DNA of 64,000 nt, taken from Geopsychrobacteraceae bacterium (GTDB lineage Bacteria; Desulfobacterota; Desulfuromonadia; Desulfuromonadales; Geopsychrobacteraceae). Position 1 is the first letter of the stretch. Every line of letters starts with the position of its first letter. The stretch covers positions 2,144,001 to 2,208,000 of the forward strand of contig CAXXTB010000002.1 of NCBI GenBank assembly GCA_963676795.2, given 5' to 3'. A model generated the notes under the pieces. It ran no database searches, was not told the origin of the DNA, and saw only the letters and a list, made by a program, of their open reading frames with translations. Made by a program: the position numbers and the translations under genes. Below are positions 21,442-31,331 of this stretch, in pieces.

Positions 21442-21581
21442 TTCACGACTCCTCATCAGTTAAAAGACCAGGTTAAACAGTTCAATCAGAACCAAATGCA
21501 GACAGTATAGATAAAAAAAGAGGCCCTATAAAGAGCCTCTTCCCATTTCTTTCGAAATAATATCGATCTGCTACAAGTAGC

Positions 21582-22895
21582 TTATTTGATTCCTGCGACA
21601 GATTCCAGCAGGTCGGTTGTCACCGATTTCGGTCTTTCGATGCCGTAACCGAGAGCACGGTCCCAGGTGATGTTGGCCAGACAGCCAAGGGCACGGCCGA
21701 TAGCGAAGAGAACCGTATAGAACTCATACTGGGTCACTCCGTAGTACCACTGGATGACACCGGACTGGGCGTCAACATTCGGCCATGGATTCTTGGCCTT
21801 GCCGTGCTCCTGGAGGATCCCCGGAGCCACCTCGTAGATCATACTGCACAGCTTGAACAGCGGATCATCCTTGAGTCCTTCCGTCTTGAGGCAGAATTCA
21901 CGTTGAGAGGTGTAACGTGGGTCGGTCTTACGCAGAACCGCATGGCCATACCCAGGAACGATCTGCCCACTATTCAGGGTTGCCCAGAGAGCCTCAGACA
22001 GCTGCTCCTTGGTCGGCAGCTCACCGCCGAGCCGCATCATCAGGTTCTGGGTCCAGCGCAGTACCTCTTCGTTGGCCAGACCGTGCAGCGGGCCGGAAAG
22101 ACCGCTGATACCGGCACTGTACGCATGATAAGCGTCAGTCAGAGCCGAGGCGACCAGGTGCGTAGTGTGGGCCGAGACGTTGCCAGCCTCATGATCGGAG
22201 TGAATGATGAAGTACATCCGCGCCACATCATCATAAGGAGCAGGTATCCCCATCATATGGGCGAAGTTTGCGCCCATATCGAGGCTCGAATCCGCAGGAA
22301 TATGCGTATCACCCATGTATTTCATACGATAAATATAAGCGCCGATCGGACCGATCTTGGCCATCAGGTTACTGGCGTCCTCATACATATCTTCCCAGCA
22401 GGTCGCCTTATTAAATTTTCCGGCGGTATAGGTCTGGGAAAAGATCGATTCACGGTGCATGGCAACGACTGCCGCAGAGAGCATGACCATCGGATGGCTG
22501 TCACGTGGCAACGCCCTGAGCAGATCATAGACATACTGAGGAACCTGCGAACGTTTCTGCCAATCAGCAACAACCTCGAGAGTCTGCTCCATGGTCGGAA
22601 CGTCACCGGTCAGCAGCAACCACCAGAAACTTTCCACATAAGGATACTCACTGCCGGGAGCTTTTGGCAGGGCGGCAAAAGTCTCAGGGATTGTCAGACC
22701 ACGGAAGCGAATCCCTTCCATCGGGTCGAGATAGGAGATATCAGAGACCAGGGCTTTAATACCGCGGGCACCGCCAAGAGTCTGTTCGATAGTCACCTCG
22801 CCAAGACCGACATTACCAAACTCCTTGAGCAGACGAGCGGTTCGCGGACGATGCTCTTCAATCTTCTGAGCTAAGACTTCTTTCAGTGTTGCCAT
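21582..22895 (-). CDS. gltA: Citrate synthase, eukaryote-like type
   Basis: GGARGIK, LDPMEGIRFRG, HSDHEAGNVSAH, GPLHGLANEEVL, GYGHAVLRKTDPRY, NPWPNVDA. Confidence 0.95.
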   Translation of the reverse strand: MATLKEVLAQKIEEHRPRTARLLKEFGNVGLGEVTIEQTLGGARGIKALVSDISYLDPMEGIRFRGLTIPETFAALPKAPGSEYPYVESFWWLLLTGDVPTMEQTLEVVADWQKRSQVPQYVYDLLRALPRDSHPMVMLSAAVVAMHRESIFSQTYTAGKFNKATCWEDMYEDASNLMAKIGPIGAYIYRMKYMGDTHIPADSSLDMGANFAHMMGIPAPYDDVARMYFIIHSDHEAGNVSAHTTHLVASALTDAYHAYSAGISGLSGPLHGLANEEVLRWTQNLMMRLGGELPTKEQLSEALWATLNSGQIVPGYGHAVLRKTDPRYTSQREFCLKTEGLKDDPLFKLCSMIYEVAPGILQEHGKAKNPWPNVDAQSGVIQWYYGVTQYEFYTVLFAIGRALGCLANITWDRALGYGIERPKSVTTDLLESVAGIK

Positions 22896-23129
22896 ATTCA
22901 ATCTCTCCTTGAAACAGGTTGGTCTTCAGTTACATTCGATGCCCTTGGGGCCAGAGGTTTTTTTATTGATTGATCCAGACGTGATTCATTCTATATAAAG
23001 AAGATCATAAAAGAAACTGTCCGGTTTAAAACTGCCCGAGATGACTGGATGAAAGAAGCTTATCAGATCCCGATCGGAAATCCAGCCTGAGCCAGCTACA
23101 AACATTCAAAAAAACCGATATGAAATACC

Positions 23130-23158
23130 GTTCTACCAATGAGCCTGACATTTGTCAA
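23130..23158 (-). promoter_or_regulatory. Putative sigma70 promoter of gltA
   Basis: Minus strand TTGACA-17 nt-TAGAAC. Confidence 0.55.
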
Positions 23159-23164
23159 GCACAT

Positions 23165-23181
23165 TACTGTATACAGTATAC
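23165..23181. promoter_or_regulatory. Palindromic operator candidate in the gltA/dusB divergent region
   Basis: Perfect 14-bp palindrome TACTGTATACAGTA overlapping a second GTATAC. Confidence 0.6.
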
Positions 23182-23274
23182 CCAAGAGGGACTGTCCCCA
23201 CCAGCAAGATTTAATGGACTCTTATGCTTTTTTACTTGCCCTGACAACGTTTATCGCTAAAATGCCTAAATATT

Positions 23275-24255
23275 ATGCAACCAAATCAGAAACTCATCAG
23301 AACAATATTAGCAGACAGCCCTATTTTACTGGCCCCGATGGCAGGAATCTCCAACCTCCCCTTTCGTCGCATCATGAAAGGGTTCGGTGCTGCGCTGGTC
23401 TTTTCCGAAATGATCAGTGCCAATGGACTGATCAGGGCCGGGCACAAGACCAGAGAGCTGATGGATTCCCATCCGGACGAGTCGCCGCTGGGGGTTCAGC
23501 TTTTCGGCGATGACCCAGAAGTGCTAGCCAAAGCGGTTGATATCATCAAGGAGGAGTCCTTCCTGATCGATATCAACATGGGCTGTCCGGTGAAAAAGGT
23601 GATCGGCAGTGGCGCTGGAAGCGCCCTGCTCAAAGAGCCGCAACGGATTCAGCGGATTATCGCTGAAATTCGCAAGAACTACCAGGGGCTCCTGACCATA
23701 AAGATCAGATCCGGCTGGGACAGTGCAGCGCTCAACTATCTCGAGATTGGCAAAATTGCCGAAAACGAGGGAGCCGATGCCATCACCCTCCATCCGCGAA
23801 CCCGGGTCCAGGGGTTCTCGGGAACTGCCGACTGGACGCACATCGCTGCCCTGAAAAAGCACCTTAATATACCAGTGTTTGGGAGTGGCGACATCTTTAC
23901 GCCGCAGGACGGTATCAGGATGCTAGAAACCACCGACTGTGACGCGATCATGATCGGCCGAGGCGGCTACGGCAACCCGTGGCTGCTGAAACAGATCCTC
24001 GAACTGCTCCATGGTCAGCCGCCGAGCAGTCCGACGCCTTCAGAAAAACTGAAGGTCGCCATGTTGCACCTGGAGCTGTTCCTGGAACAGTTTGGTGAAC
24101 GCAAAACCGTTCTGGAGATGCGCAAGCACCTGTGCTGGTACGCACGCGGGCTGGCCGGGGCCAGCCAGTATCGTGTTCAACTCCAGAAAACCGAACGTCT
24201 CGATCAGATGATCGAGCTGTCACATGACTTCTTTTCGAATGCAGAGAATCAATGA
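23275..24255 (+). CDS. dusB: tRNA-dihydrouridine synthase B (NifR3 family)
   Basis: LAPMAG, DINMGCP, GAGSALL, TIKIRSGW, MIGRG...GNPW. Confidence 0.93.
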   Translation: MQPNQKLIRTILADSPILLAPMAGISNLPFRRIMKGFGAALVFSEMISANGLIRAGHKTRELMDSHPDESPLGVQLFGDDPEVLAKAVDIIKEESFLIDINMGCPVKKVIGSGAGSALLKEPQRIQRIIAEIRKNYQGLLTIKIRSGWDSAALNYLEIGKIAENEGADAITLHPRTRVQGFSGTADWTHIAALKKHLNIPVFGSGDIFTPQDGIRMLETTDCDAIMIGRGGYGNPWLLKQILELLHGQPPSSPTPSEKLKVAMLHLELFLEQFGERKTVLEMRKHLCWYARGLAGASQYRVQLQKTERLDQMIELSHDFFSNAENQ

Positions 24256-25376
24256 CACAAGAACAGTTGACACCGCTGGAATATGAAATGATCCTGGAAA
24301 ACATCGATGACGCTGTTATCGCCGTCGATCAGAACGGGATCATTACCCTTTTCAACCCTGCAGCGCAGAACTTCACCGGCCTTTCGGAAAAACAGACCGT
24401 CGGTAAAACCTTCAGCGAATGCTTCGACTGGCAGGAGTCCCTCTGCTACCTGCTCAACACCTCGCTGACGACCGGGCGTTCGATCTCGGACCATGAAACC
24501 GTGACCCTGTCGCAATCGGACAAGCGCCGGGAGCGACCGGTCAGCGTTACGGTTTCACCGATTTTTTCCTCTTCAGGCAGTCAACTGGGTGCGGTCATCA
24601 TTCTTCACGACATGACCCAGGTCAGATCGCTCGAAGATGCGGTGCGCCACGCAGACCGCCTGACCATGGTCGGCACCATGGCCTCCGGACTGGCTCATGA
24701 GATCAAGAATCCTCTCGGCGGCATCAAGGGCTCGGCCCAGCTGCTGCAGATGGAACTGGGCGAGAACAATGAGATCCAGGAATACGTCAGCCTGATCATC
24801 AAGGAGACCGAACGGGTCAACCGGATCATCGAGGAACTGCTCGATCTGGCCCGTCCGCGCAAGGCCTGTATTTCACCGGTCAATATCAGCAAACTGCTCG
24901 ATCAGCAGGTCAAACTGCAGAGCAGTGCTTCACACCAGAAAGGGATTGTCTTCAAATGGCAGCTCGACCCGAGTATTCCGGAGATACCTGGTGACGAAGA
25001 CCTCTTGACCCGGCTGTTTCTCAACCTGATCAAGAATGCCTGTGAAGCAAATCCGGAAAACAGTGAAATAGTTATTGCCAGCAGGATCGATGCGGAATAC
25101 CATCTGAGTTTACCGGGAGCCCGTCCGACCCCGATGGTACAAATACGTATCAGCGATCAGGGTCCGGGAATCTCCCCTGAGCAGCGTGAACAGATTCTGA
25201 CTCCGTTCTACACGACAAAGTCGGGGGGGAGCGGTCTTGGCCTGGCGATCTGCCAGAAAATCGTAAACGACCATGGCGGTCTGATGCATTTCAACGAACG
25301 AACGGAGGGGGGGACGACGGTTCAGGTCTCACTGCCCCTTTTCGCGAGTCGTAGAGCTCCACAACAAAACCAGTAA
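24252..25376 (+). CDS. ntrB: NtrB-like PAS histidine kinase
   Basis: PAS domain, LAHEIKNPLGGIKGSAQLL, NLIKNA, PFYTTKSGGSGLGL; lies between dusB and ntrC. Confidence 0.85.
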   Translation: MTQEQLTPLEYEMILENIDDAVIAVDQNGIITLFNPAAQNFTGLSEKQTVGKTFSECFDWQESLCYLLNTSLTTGRSISDHETVTLSQSDKRRERPVSVTVSPIFSSSGSQLGAVIILHDMTQVRSLEDAVRHADRLTMVGTMASGLAHEIKNPLGGIKGSAQLLQMELGENNEIQEYVSLIIKETERVNRIIEELLDLARPRKACISPVNISKLLDQQVKLQSSASHQKGIVFKWQLDPSIPEIPGDEDLLTRLFLNLIKNACEANPENSEIVIASRIDAEYHLSLPGARPTPMVQIRISDQGPGISPEQREQILTPFYTTKSGGSGLGLAICQKIVNDHGGLMHFNERTEGGTTVQVSLPLFASRRAPQQNQ

Positions 25377-25391
25377 AGGACAAAAAAGCTC

Positions 25392-26834
25392 ATGGCGATC
25401 AAACGGATCCTTGTTGCTGACGATGAAGAAAGTATCCGCTGGGTTCTTTCCAAAGCTCTCAAAAAGCAGGGTTTTAGCGTCGACCTTGCCGAAGATGGCA
25501 ACGAAGCGAAAAAACTGGCAAGGCAAAATCATTATGACCTTGCGGTTCTCGATATCAAAATGCCGGGCATCCAGGGCCTCGATCTGCTCAAGCAGTTTCG
25601 CGTCGAACATCCCGATACCCTGGTCATTATCATGACGGCCGAAGCAACCATGGAACATGCCGTCACAGCCATGAAGAACGGAGCCTATGACTACCTGACC
25701 AAACCGTTCGATCTGGCGGCACTGGATGCCATCATCCTTAAAGCGACCAAAGCCGCCGAGGTCACCGAACAGATCGACCAGCTCAAGGAGGAGCTCCAGG
25801 GGCAGTACAACTTCGGGCGGACCATCATCGGCAACAGCCAGGCCATGCAGGAGGTCTACAAGACCCTTGGCCGGGTTGCGGAATCGGATGTCACCGTCCT
25901 GGTCACCGGCGAGAGCGGCACCGGCAAGGAACTGATCGCCAGGGCAATCCATGTCAACAGCCGCCGCCTTGGCAAACCCTTCCTCGCCCTGAACTGCGCG
26001 GCCATCCCCGGCGAACTGCTGGAGAACGAACTGTTCGGCCATGAACGCGGGGCCTTTACCGGTGCCACCGACCGCAAAGCCGGCAAATTCGAACAGGCCG
26101 ACGGCGGCACCCTGTTCCTTGACGAAATCGGTGATATGCCGCTGGAACTGCAGGCCAAGCTACTGCGCGTTCTGCAGGAAAAAGAGATCACCCGGACCGG
26201 CGGCAGCCAGACGATCAACGTCGATGTGCGGATCGTCGCAGCAACCAATCAGAACCTGGCGGAACAGGTCAAGGCGAAGGAGTTCCGTGAGGATCTCTAC
26301 TACCGGCTCAACGTCGTGCCGATCTCGCTGCCAGCCCTGCGCGACCGCCGCGAAGACATCCCGATGCTTGTCGAATTCTTCCTCAAACGGGCCAAACAGG
26401 ATCTCGGCATCGACATCATGGAATGCAGCCCGGAAGCACTGCAGCTGCTCAAGTCTCACGACTGGCCGGGCAACGTCCGCGAGCTGGAAAACGTCATCAA
26501 GCGGGCGGCGCTGCTGTCACCCAACCATGTCCTGACCCCACCGGACTTTCCGGGCCTGCTCGACACTGGCCGGGTCAGAAGTCAGGATGAGTCGCTGGAG
26601 GCGCTGGTCGCCAGAAAACTCGAGAACTCACTGGCCCAGATGAACCTCCAGGAAATGAACAATCTCTACGAAATGGTCCTCCATCAGGTCGAGCGTCCGC
26701 TGATCAACATCGTCCTCAACAAAACCAGGGGCAACCAGGTGCAGACGGCCGACATTCTCGGCATCAACCGCAACACCCTGAGAAAAAAGATCAAGACTCT
26801 GGAGATCGACGTCAAACGTGGGCAGGACTCCTGA
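25392..26834 (+). CDS. ntrC: NtrC-like sigma54-dependent response regulator
   Basis: Receiver DIKMP, GESGTGKE, GAFTGA, WPGNVRELEN, Fis HTH LGINRNTLRKK. Confidence 0.88.
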   Translation: MAIKRILVADDEESIRWVLSKALKKQGFSVDLAEDGNEAKKLARQNHYDLAVLDIKMPGIQGLDLLKQFRVEHPDTLVIIMTAEATMEHAVTAMKNGAYDYLTKPFDLAALDAIILKATKAAEVTEQIDQLKEELQGQYNFGRTIIGNSQAMQEVYKTLGRVAESDVTVLVTGESGTGKELIARAIHVNSRRLGKPFLALNCAAIPGELLENELFGHERGAFTGATDRKAGKFEQADGGTLFLDEIGDMPLELQAKLLRVLQEKEITRTGGSQTINVDVRIVAATNQNLAEQVKAKEFREDLYYRLNVVPISLPALRDRREDIPMLVEFFLKRAKQDLGIDIMECSPEALQLLKSHDWPGNVRELENVIKRAALLSPNHVLTPPDFPGLLDTGRVRSQDESLEALVARKLENSLAQMNLQEMNNLYEMVLHQVERPLINIVLNKTRGNQVQTADILGINRNTLRKKIKTLEIDVKRGQDS

Positions 26835-26853
26835 CACTCCACAGTAAAAGCAT

Positions 26854-26890
26854 AAAAAGCCCGGTGCTGCCATGCCGCACCGGGCTTTTC
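26854..26890. terminator. Bidirectional terminator between ntrC and cheW
   Basis: AAAAGCCCGGTGC...GCACCGGGCTTTT. Confidence 0.8.
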
Positions 26891-26912
26891 TTTTGCGTGT
26901 TCTTTCTTTTGA

Positions 26913-27410
26913 CTAACAGGCCTCGGCCAGAGTGTCCTCCTGGCCTTCCACCAGGGCTTGTACGTTGAGCAAAATCTTAACGTCCTTGTCGAACTTGGCC
27001 AGCCCTTCGATGTAATCACCCTGACAGGTGCTTGCACTGTCACTGATCTGCTCAGCGGCTATATCGACGACCTCCTTGACCCGATCAACCATCAGTCCCA
27101 TTGTCGTTTCCTCAACCTGGGTAACAATGACGCAGGTGCGATCATCGCACTCCCGTTCGGGCATACCGAAACGGATTCGGGCATCCATCAGAGGAATGAT
27201 TTTGCCGCGCAGGTTCAGTATCCCCTTGATCTCCCGTGGCATGCCGGGCACCTGGGTAATTTTCTGCATGCCGATAATCTCGGTCACATGATCGACCGCG
27301 ATACCATAGTCCTCGTCCTGAAGCCTGAAGGTCAGATAGAGCCGGCTTCCCGACTTCCCACCGGCATCTATATTTTCGTAACGTACTTGCTGTCTGTCGT
27401 CGCTGCTCAT
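26913..27410 (-). CDS. cheW: Chemotaxis coupling protein CheW
   Basis: YLTFRL..EDYGI, GILNLRGKIIP, GLMVDRVKEV. Confidence 0.92.
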   Translation of the reverse strand: MSSDDRQQVRYENIDAGGKSGSRLYLTFRLQDEDYGIAVDHVTEIIGMQKITQVPGMPREIKGILNLRGKIIPLMDARIRFGMPERECDDRTCVIVTQVEETTMGLMVDRVKEVVDIAAEQISDSASTCQGDYIEGLAKFDKDVKILLNVQALVEGQEDTLAEAC

Positions 27411-27425
27411 CACCTACCCCTTTAC

Positions 27426-29258
27426 TTAATACTTGCCGAATTCGCTGTCATCCAGAGCTATCTGTACAGCCCCCGAGGAAACACCGTACCCTTTTTGAGC
27501 AACCGGCTTGCTACTGACCGGCTTGCCCTCATAAGCCTTGGCAACCGAAGGGGTATGAGGGTTCATTGAACCAACCGTACCTACCCCACCCTTGAGGATG
27601 AAACGTTGCAGCATCTGGCGCAGGTGCTCAGCCTGGCCGGACAGCTCTTCAGAAGCGGCGGCACTCTCTTCGGCACTGGCGGTGTTCTGCTGGGTGACCT
27701 GATCAATCTGGGTGACCCCTTCGGTAATCTGGTTGACACCCTCAGCCTGTTCACGGCTGGCCGCGGCGATCTCGGTTACCAGGTCGTTGACCTTGCCGAT
27801 CCCTTCAACAACACCACGCAGGGCCTCAGAGGTCTGGTTGGCAATCGCACTGCCGTTGGCGGCTTTTTCGACAGACCCCTCGATCAGCTCAGCTGTTTCC
27901 TCGGCAGCCTTGGCACTGCGTGCTGCCAGATTGCGGACCTCTTCAGCGACCACGGCAAACCCCTTGCCATGCTGTCCGGCACGGGCCGCTTCGACGGCGG
28001 CGTTCAAAGCCAGCAGATTGGTCTGGAACGCGATCTCGTCAATCCGCTTGATGATCTTGGAGATATTCTGGCTCGCAGAGTTGATGTCCTCCATGGCTAC
28101 GATCATTTCCGCCATCCGCTGATTGCCAATCTCAGCAGCGTCGCGTGCCTCGCTCGACAGGGCGTTGGCCTGCTGGGCGTTATCCGCGTTGACTGTGGTC
28201 TGAGCACTCAGTTCGTTCAGTGAAGCCGAAATTTCCTCAAGGGAACTGGCCGACTCCGTCGCCCCCTGGGACAGGGCCTGGCTGCTGTCGGCAACCTGAC
28301 CGGAGCCCGATGCGATCTGATCACCGGCAACCTGGATCTGAGCCATGACATCGTTGAGGTCCTCACCCAGCTTCTTCAGGGTCCCACGGATGACATCGTT
28401 TTCATCTCGCAGTTCGACATCAAAGCTCAAATCACCATCCGCGAGCTGCTGCAGGGAGTGGATCACCTCATGCTGAAGACTGTCAGCAAAACGATCCATG
28501 GTCTGGGCCATCATCCCGACCTCATCCTTATGAGTCATGCCGAGGCGCATTGTCAAATGGCCCATTTCCAGTTCCTGAATCATCTCCACAGCTTTACGCA
28601 TCGGGTTGGCAAGGCTTCTGGCCAACAGGTAGACCAGAATAAAGCTGACCAGAATCACGACCAGGGAAACGATGGCGACAATCGTCAGGGTTTCCATCAA
28701 CTGGGCAGCGATATCGTCCACATAGAGTCCCGCACCGACGACCCACCCCCACTCAGGGATCAGCTTGACGTAGGAGATCTTGCCGACAGGCTCTGTGACA
28801 CCCGGCTTCGGCCATTGATAGTCAACAAAACCGGCGTTCGAAGCCCGCGCAACCTTGGCCATCTCGACGAAAAGCGCCTTGCCGTCGGGATCGGTGATCG
28901 AGGCCAGATTCTTGCCTTCAAGCTCCGGCTTCATCGGGTGCATGACCATTTTCGGTTCAAGATCATTGATCCAGAAATAGTTATCCCCTTCGAAGCGGAC
29001 GTTGCGCAGCGCCTCACTGGCAAAGTGCTGAGCTTCTGCGGTTGTCATCGCACCACTTTCAGCCTGCTTGACGTAATACTCGACGACGCCCCAGGTTGAC
29101 TCAACGGCTCGCTGCACCGTTTCGTTCTTGCCGTCTGTCATCTTTCTGTCGAGCTCAAAGCTGGTATAGCCGACAGTCGCCAGAAACGCCACGATGATAA
29201 CGCCACAGAGCAGATAGATCTTTGTTCCGATTTTGAGATTATTGATAAATTTCAGCAT
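27426..29258 (-). CDS. Methyl-accepting chemotaxis protein (Cache + HAMP + MCP signal domain)
   Basis: YFWIND...MHP...YQWPKPG Cache motif; [30 protein letters not shown]. Confidence 0.95.
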   Translation of the reverse strand: MLKFINNLKIGTKIYLLCGVIIVAFLATVGYTSFELDRKMTDGKNETVQRAVESTWGVVEYYVKQAESGAMTTAEAQHFASEALRNVRFEGDNYFWINDLEPKMVMHPMKPELEGKNLASITDPDGKALFVEMAKVARASNAGFVDYQWPKPGVTEPVGKISYVKLIPEWGWVVGAGLYVDDIAAQLMETLTIVAIVSLVVILVSFILVYLLARSLANPMRKAVEMIQELEMGHLTMRLGMTHKDEVGMMAQTMDRFADSLQHEVIHSLQQLADGDLSFDVELRDENDVIRGTLKKLGEDLNDVMAQIQVAGDQIASGSGQVADSSQALSQGATESASSLEEISASLNELSAQTTVNADNAQQANALSSEARDAAEIGNQRMAEMIVAMEDINSASQNISKIIKRIDEIAFQTNLLALNAAVEAARAGQHGKGFAVVAEEVRNLAARSAKAAEETAELIEGSVEKAANGSAIANQTSEALRGVVEGIGKVNDLVTEIAAASREQAEGVNQITEGVTQIDQVTQQNTASAEESAAASEELSGQAEHLRQMLQRFILKGGVGTVGSMNPHTPSVAKAYEGKPVSSKPVAQKGYGVSSGAVQIALDDSEFGKY

Positions 29259-29268
29259 GACAGCCTCC

Positions 29269-29667
29269 TTATGCCAGGTTCTTGCTAGAATTTGTGTTTA
29301 CAGTCTTACTCAGTACCGTCCTCAGTTTGTCTGCCGCACAGATAATGAAATTGGCATCATCAGCCAACTGATCCTGATAACAGGTCGAATACTCATGATT
29401 TTCATTGCGCCTGACAAGCACGACCGGAATTCTCACATTGACCTCTTTCAAAAAAGCGATAAAAGGTTCGGGCAGTGTGCCTGCCCGTAAAGAATTGACG
29501 ACCAGCAGATCGGCAGTTTCGTTCCCCTTCTCAGCGGTGACGATCCGGTTCTGAAATTCTTCACGGTCACTGAAAGCAGTGACACGATAGCCGCTCAGCC
29601 TCAGCAGAAAGGCACCGCGCCGGCAGGTATCCATGTTTTCATCCAGGTAGTACAGCGCTATCCCCAT
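29269..29667 (-). CDS. Degenerate single-domain receiver (pseudo-receiver)
   Basis: YLDEN...[14 protein letters not shown]...DLLVVN...IPVVLV gives a receiver-like beta/alpha pattern; AGGAG RBS. Confidence 0.6.
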   Translation of the reverse strand: MGIALYYLDENMDTCRRGAFLLRLSGYRVTAFSDREEFQNRIVTAEKGNETADLLVVNSLRAGTLPEPFIAFLKEVNVRIPVVLVRRNENHEYSTCYQDQLADDANFIICAADKLRTVLSKTVNTNSSKNLA

Positions 29668-29723
29668 GGCTCAATCTCCTTAACCAGACAGAAATCGGCG
29701 ACCCGTTTTCACAGAGGTTATTG

Positions 29724-29740
29724 AGCAATATGAGTGCCAA
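29724..29740 (-). promoter_or_regulatory. Sigma54 (-24/-12) promoter of the pseudo-receiver/MCP/cheW operon
   Basis: Minus strand TTGGCAC-TCATA-TTGCT matches TGGCAC-N5-TTGC exactly. Confidence 0.8.
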
Positions 29741-29802
29741 CTAACGCAAAAACAGCAACCCGCTGATTTTCCATAGTAAAAATCGGAGCTATTGAACCGC
29801 AA

Positions 29803-29909
29803 GGGGTGTAACCAAAGTTACCACCCCCAGCGAGAAATGATCTAAGAACTTGATTTAACGGATATTTTCACAAAAGATCAGAAGGGAACAGCTGTAACTA
29901 AATGCACAG
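29803..29909. promoter_or_regulatory. Two candidate enhancer (UAS) sites
   Basis: TGTAAC-CAAA-GTTACC (inside GGGGTG...CACCCC, 29803-29827) and TGTAAC-TAAA-TGCACA (29893-29908), upstream of the sigma54 site. Confidence 0.5.
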
Positions 29910-29927
29910 GGGTTTGAGCGTTATTGA

Positions 29928-31331
29928 TTATGATTTTTCCTTGTTCAGCCGTTTATTCAGTGCAGGTCTGGAGATCCCGAGTAAACCGGCAGCGATAGAC
30001 TGGTTGCCGTCGGCTCGCTTCATCGCTTCATCGATCAGCAACTGGACGGTTTCTTCTATCGTCGGCAGACGGTCAGGAAAGACCAGGCCTGCAGAAAAAG
30101 CCTCCGGCAGGGAGTGCTCATCGCTATCGCTGATGATGCGGCGGAAACTTTCCATCGACAGCACCTTGCCCTGATGGCGGCTGACTGCATCATAGACCAT
30201 CGCCTCGAGTTCACGGATATTGCCCGGAAAGTGATAGGTCGACAACAGGGTCAGCAGTTCAGGGGGTGTGGTGGGAATCGGCTTACCAAGTTCCTGCGCT
30301 GCCTTGGCCAACAGATGCGGCACCAGCAGCTCCAGGTCCTCTTTTCGCTCACGCAATGGCGGAATATTGACCAGATGGGTATTCAGCCGGTAATAGAGAT
30401 CCTTGCGAAAGCGCCCCTGTTCCTGCAACCGGCGCAGGTCCTGATTGGTCGCCAGCACGATCCGGGTTCTGGTCTTCTTGACCCGGTCACTCCCCAAGGG
30501 CAGGTATTCTCCTTCCTGCAGCAGGCGTAACAGTTTCACCTGCGAGGTCAGGCACAGATCACCGATCTCATCGAGAAACAGGGTCCCCCCTTCGGCCTCT
30601 TCGATCATTCCGGAGCGGTTCTGATCCGCCCCGGTGAAGGCGCCCTTGACATGGCCGAACAGGGTATCGGAAAAGACATTATCATCAAGTCCCGCGACAT
30701 TGACGGCAACCCAGGGGCCCTGTGGAGTCGCCAGGGTATGAACGATCTTCGCCACCAACTCCTTGCCGACACCGCTCTCACCGACAATCAGCACCGGCTG
30801 GTGGCTGACGGCCAGAGCCTCGAGGTATTGAAAAACCGCCTTCATCTTCACCGACTGGGTCACCAGTTCGGAAAAGGCATCGGTATTCTTCAACTCATCA
30901 TTGAGCAGATTATCTTTCAGAGTCCGGTTTTCACGCTCCATCTCGACCAGCCTGAGAATTCGCTTCACACCACCGACCAGACGATCTTCCTCAACGGTTT
31001 TGACATAATAATCGGCCGCCCCCGCCTTGATACAGCGGACCGAAACCTCGACCTGATTGATCCCGGTCAGAACGATCACCGGGACACCGGGATGCTGTTC
31101 AACAATCTGCCCCAGGAGATCCTCACCGGAGAGATAAGGCATGGTCAGGTCGAGCAGAATCAAACTGACCTTCTGTTCGGCAAGCAGCGGCAGGACCTCG
31201 CGACTGTCCTGGCACTGCAGGATGTTGTTGATCCCGCCACTGCGCTCCAGAACCAGGGACAGGCTGCGCAGCCAGGGGCGCTCGTCATCAACCAGCAGAA
31301 CCGGATTTACGGGATAAAGAGATTTAGCCAT
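29928..31331 (-). CDS. Sigma54-dependent response regulator (REC-AAA+-HTH)
   Basis: LLVDDE, LLDLTMP, GESGVGKE, GAFTGA, FPGNIRELE, LGISRPALNKRL. Confidence 0.93.
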   Translation of the reverse strand: MAKSLYPVNPVLLVDDERPWLRSLSLVLERSGGINNILQCQDSREVLPLLAEQKVSLILLDLTMPYLSGEDLLGQIVEQHPGVPVIVLTGINQVEVSVRCIKAGAADYYVKTVEEDRLVGGVKRILRLVEMERENRTLKDNLLNDELKNTDAFSELVTQSVKMKAVFQYLEALAVSHQPVLIVGESGVGKELVAKIVHTLATPQGPWVAVNVAGLDDNVFSDTLFGHVKGAFTGADQNRSGMIEEAEGGTLFLDEIGDLCLTSQVKLLRLLQEGEYLPLGSDRVKKTRTRIVLATNQDLRRLQEQGRFRKDLYYRLNTHLVNIPPLRERKEDLELLVPHLLAKAAQELGKPIPTTPPELLTLLSTYHFPGNIRELEAMVYDAVSRHQGKVLSMESFRRIISDSDEHSLPEAFSAGLVFPDRLPTIEETVQLLIDEAMKRADGNQSIAAGLLGISRPALNKRLNKEKS

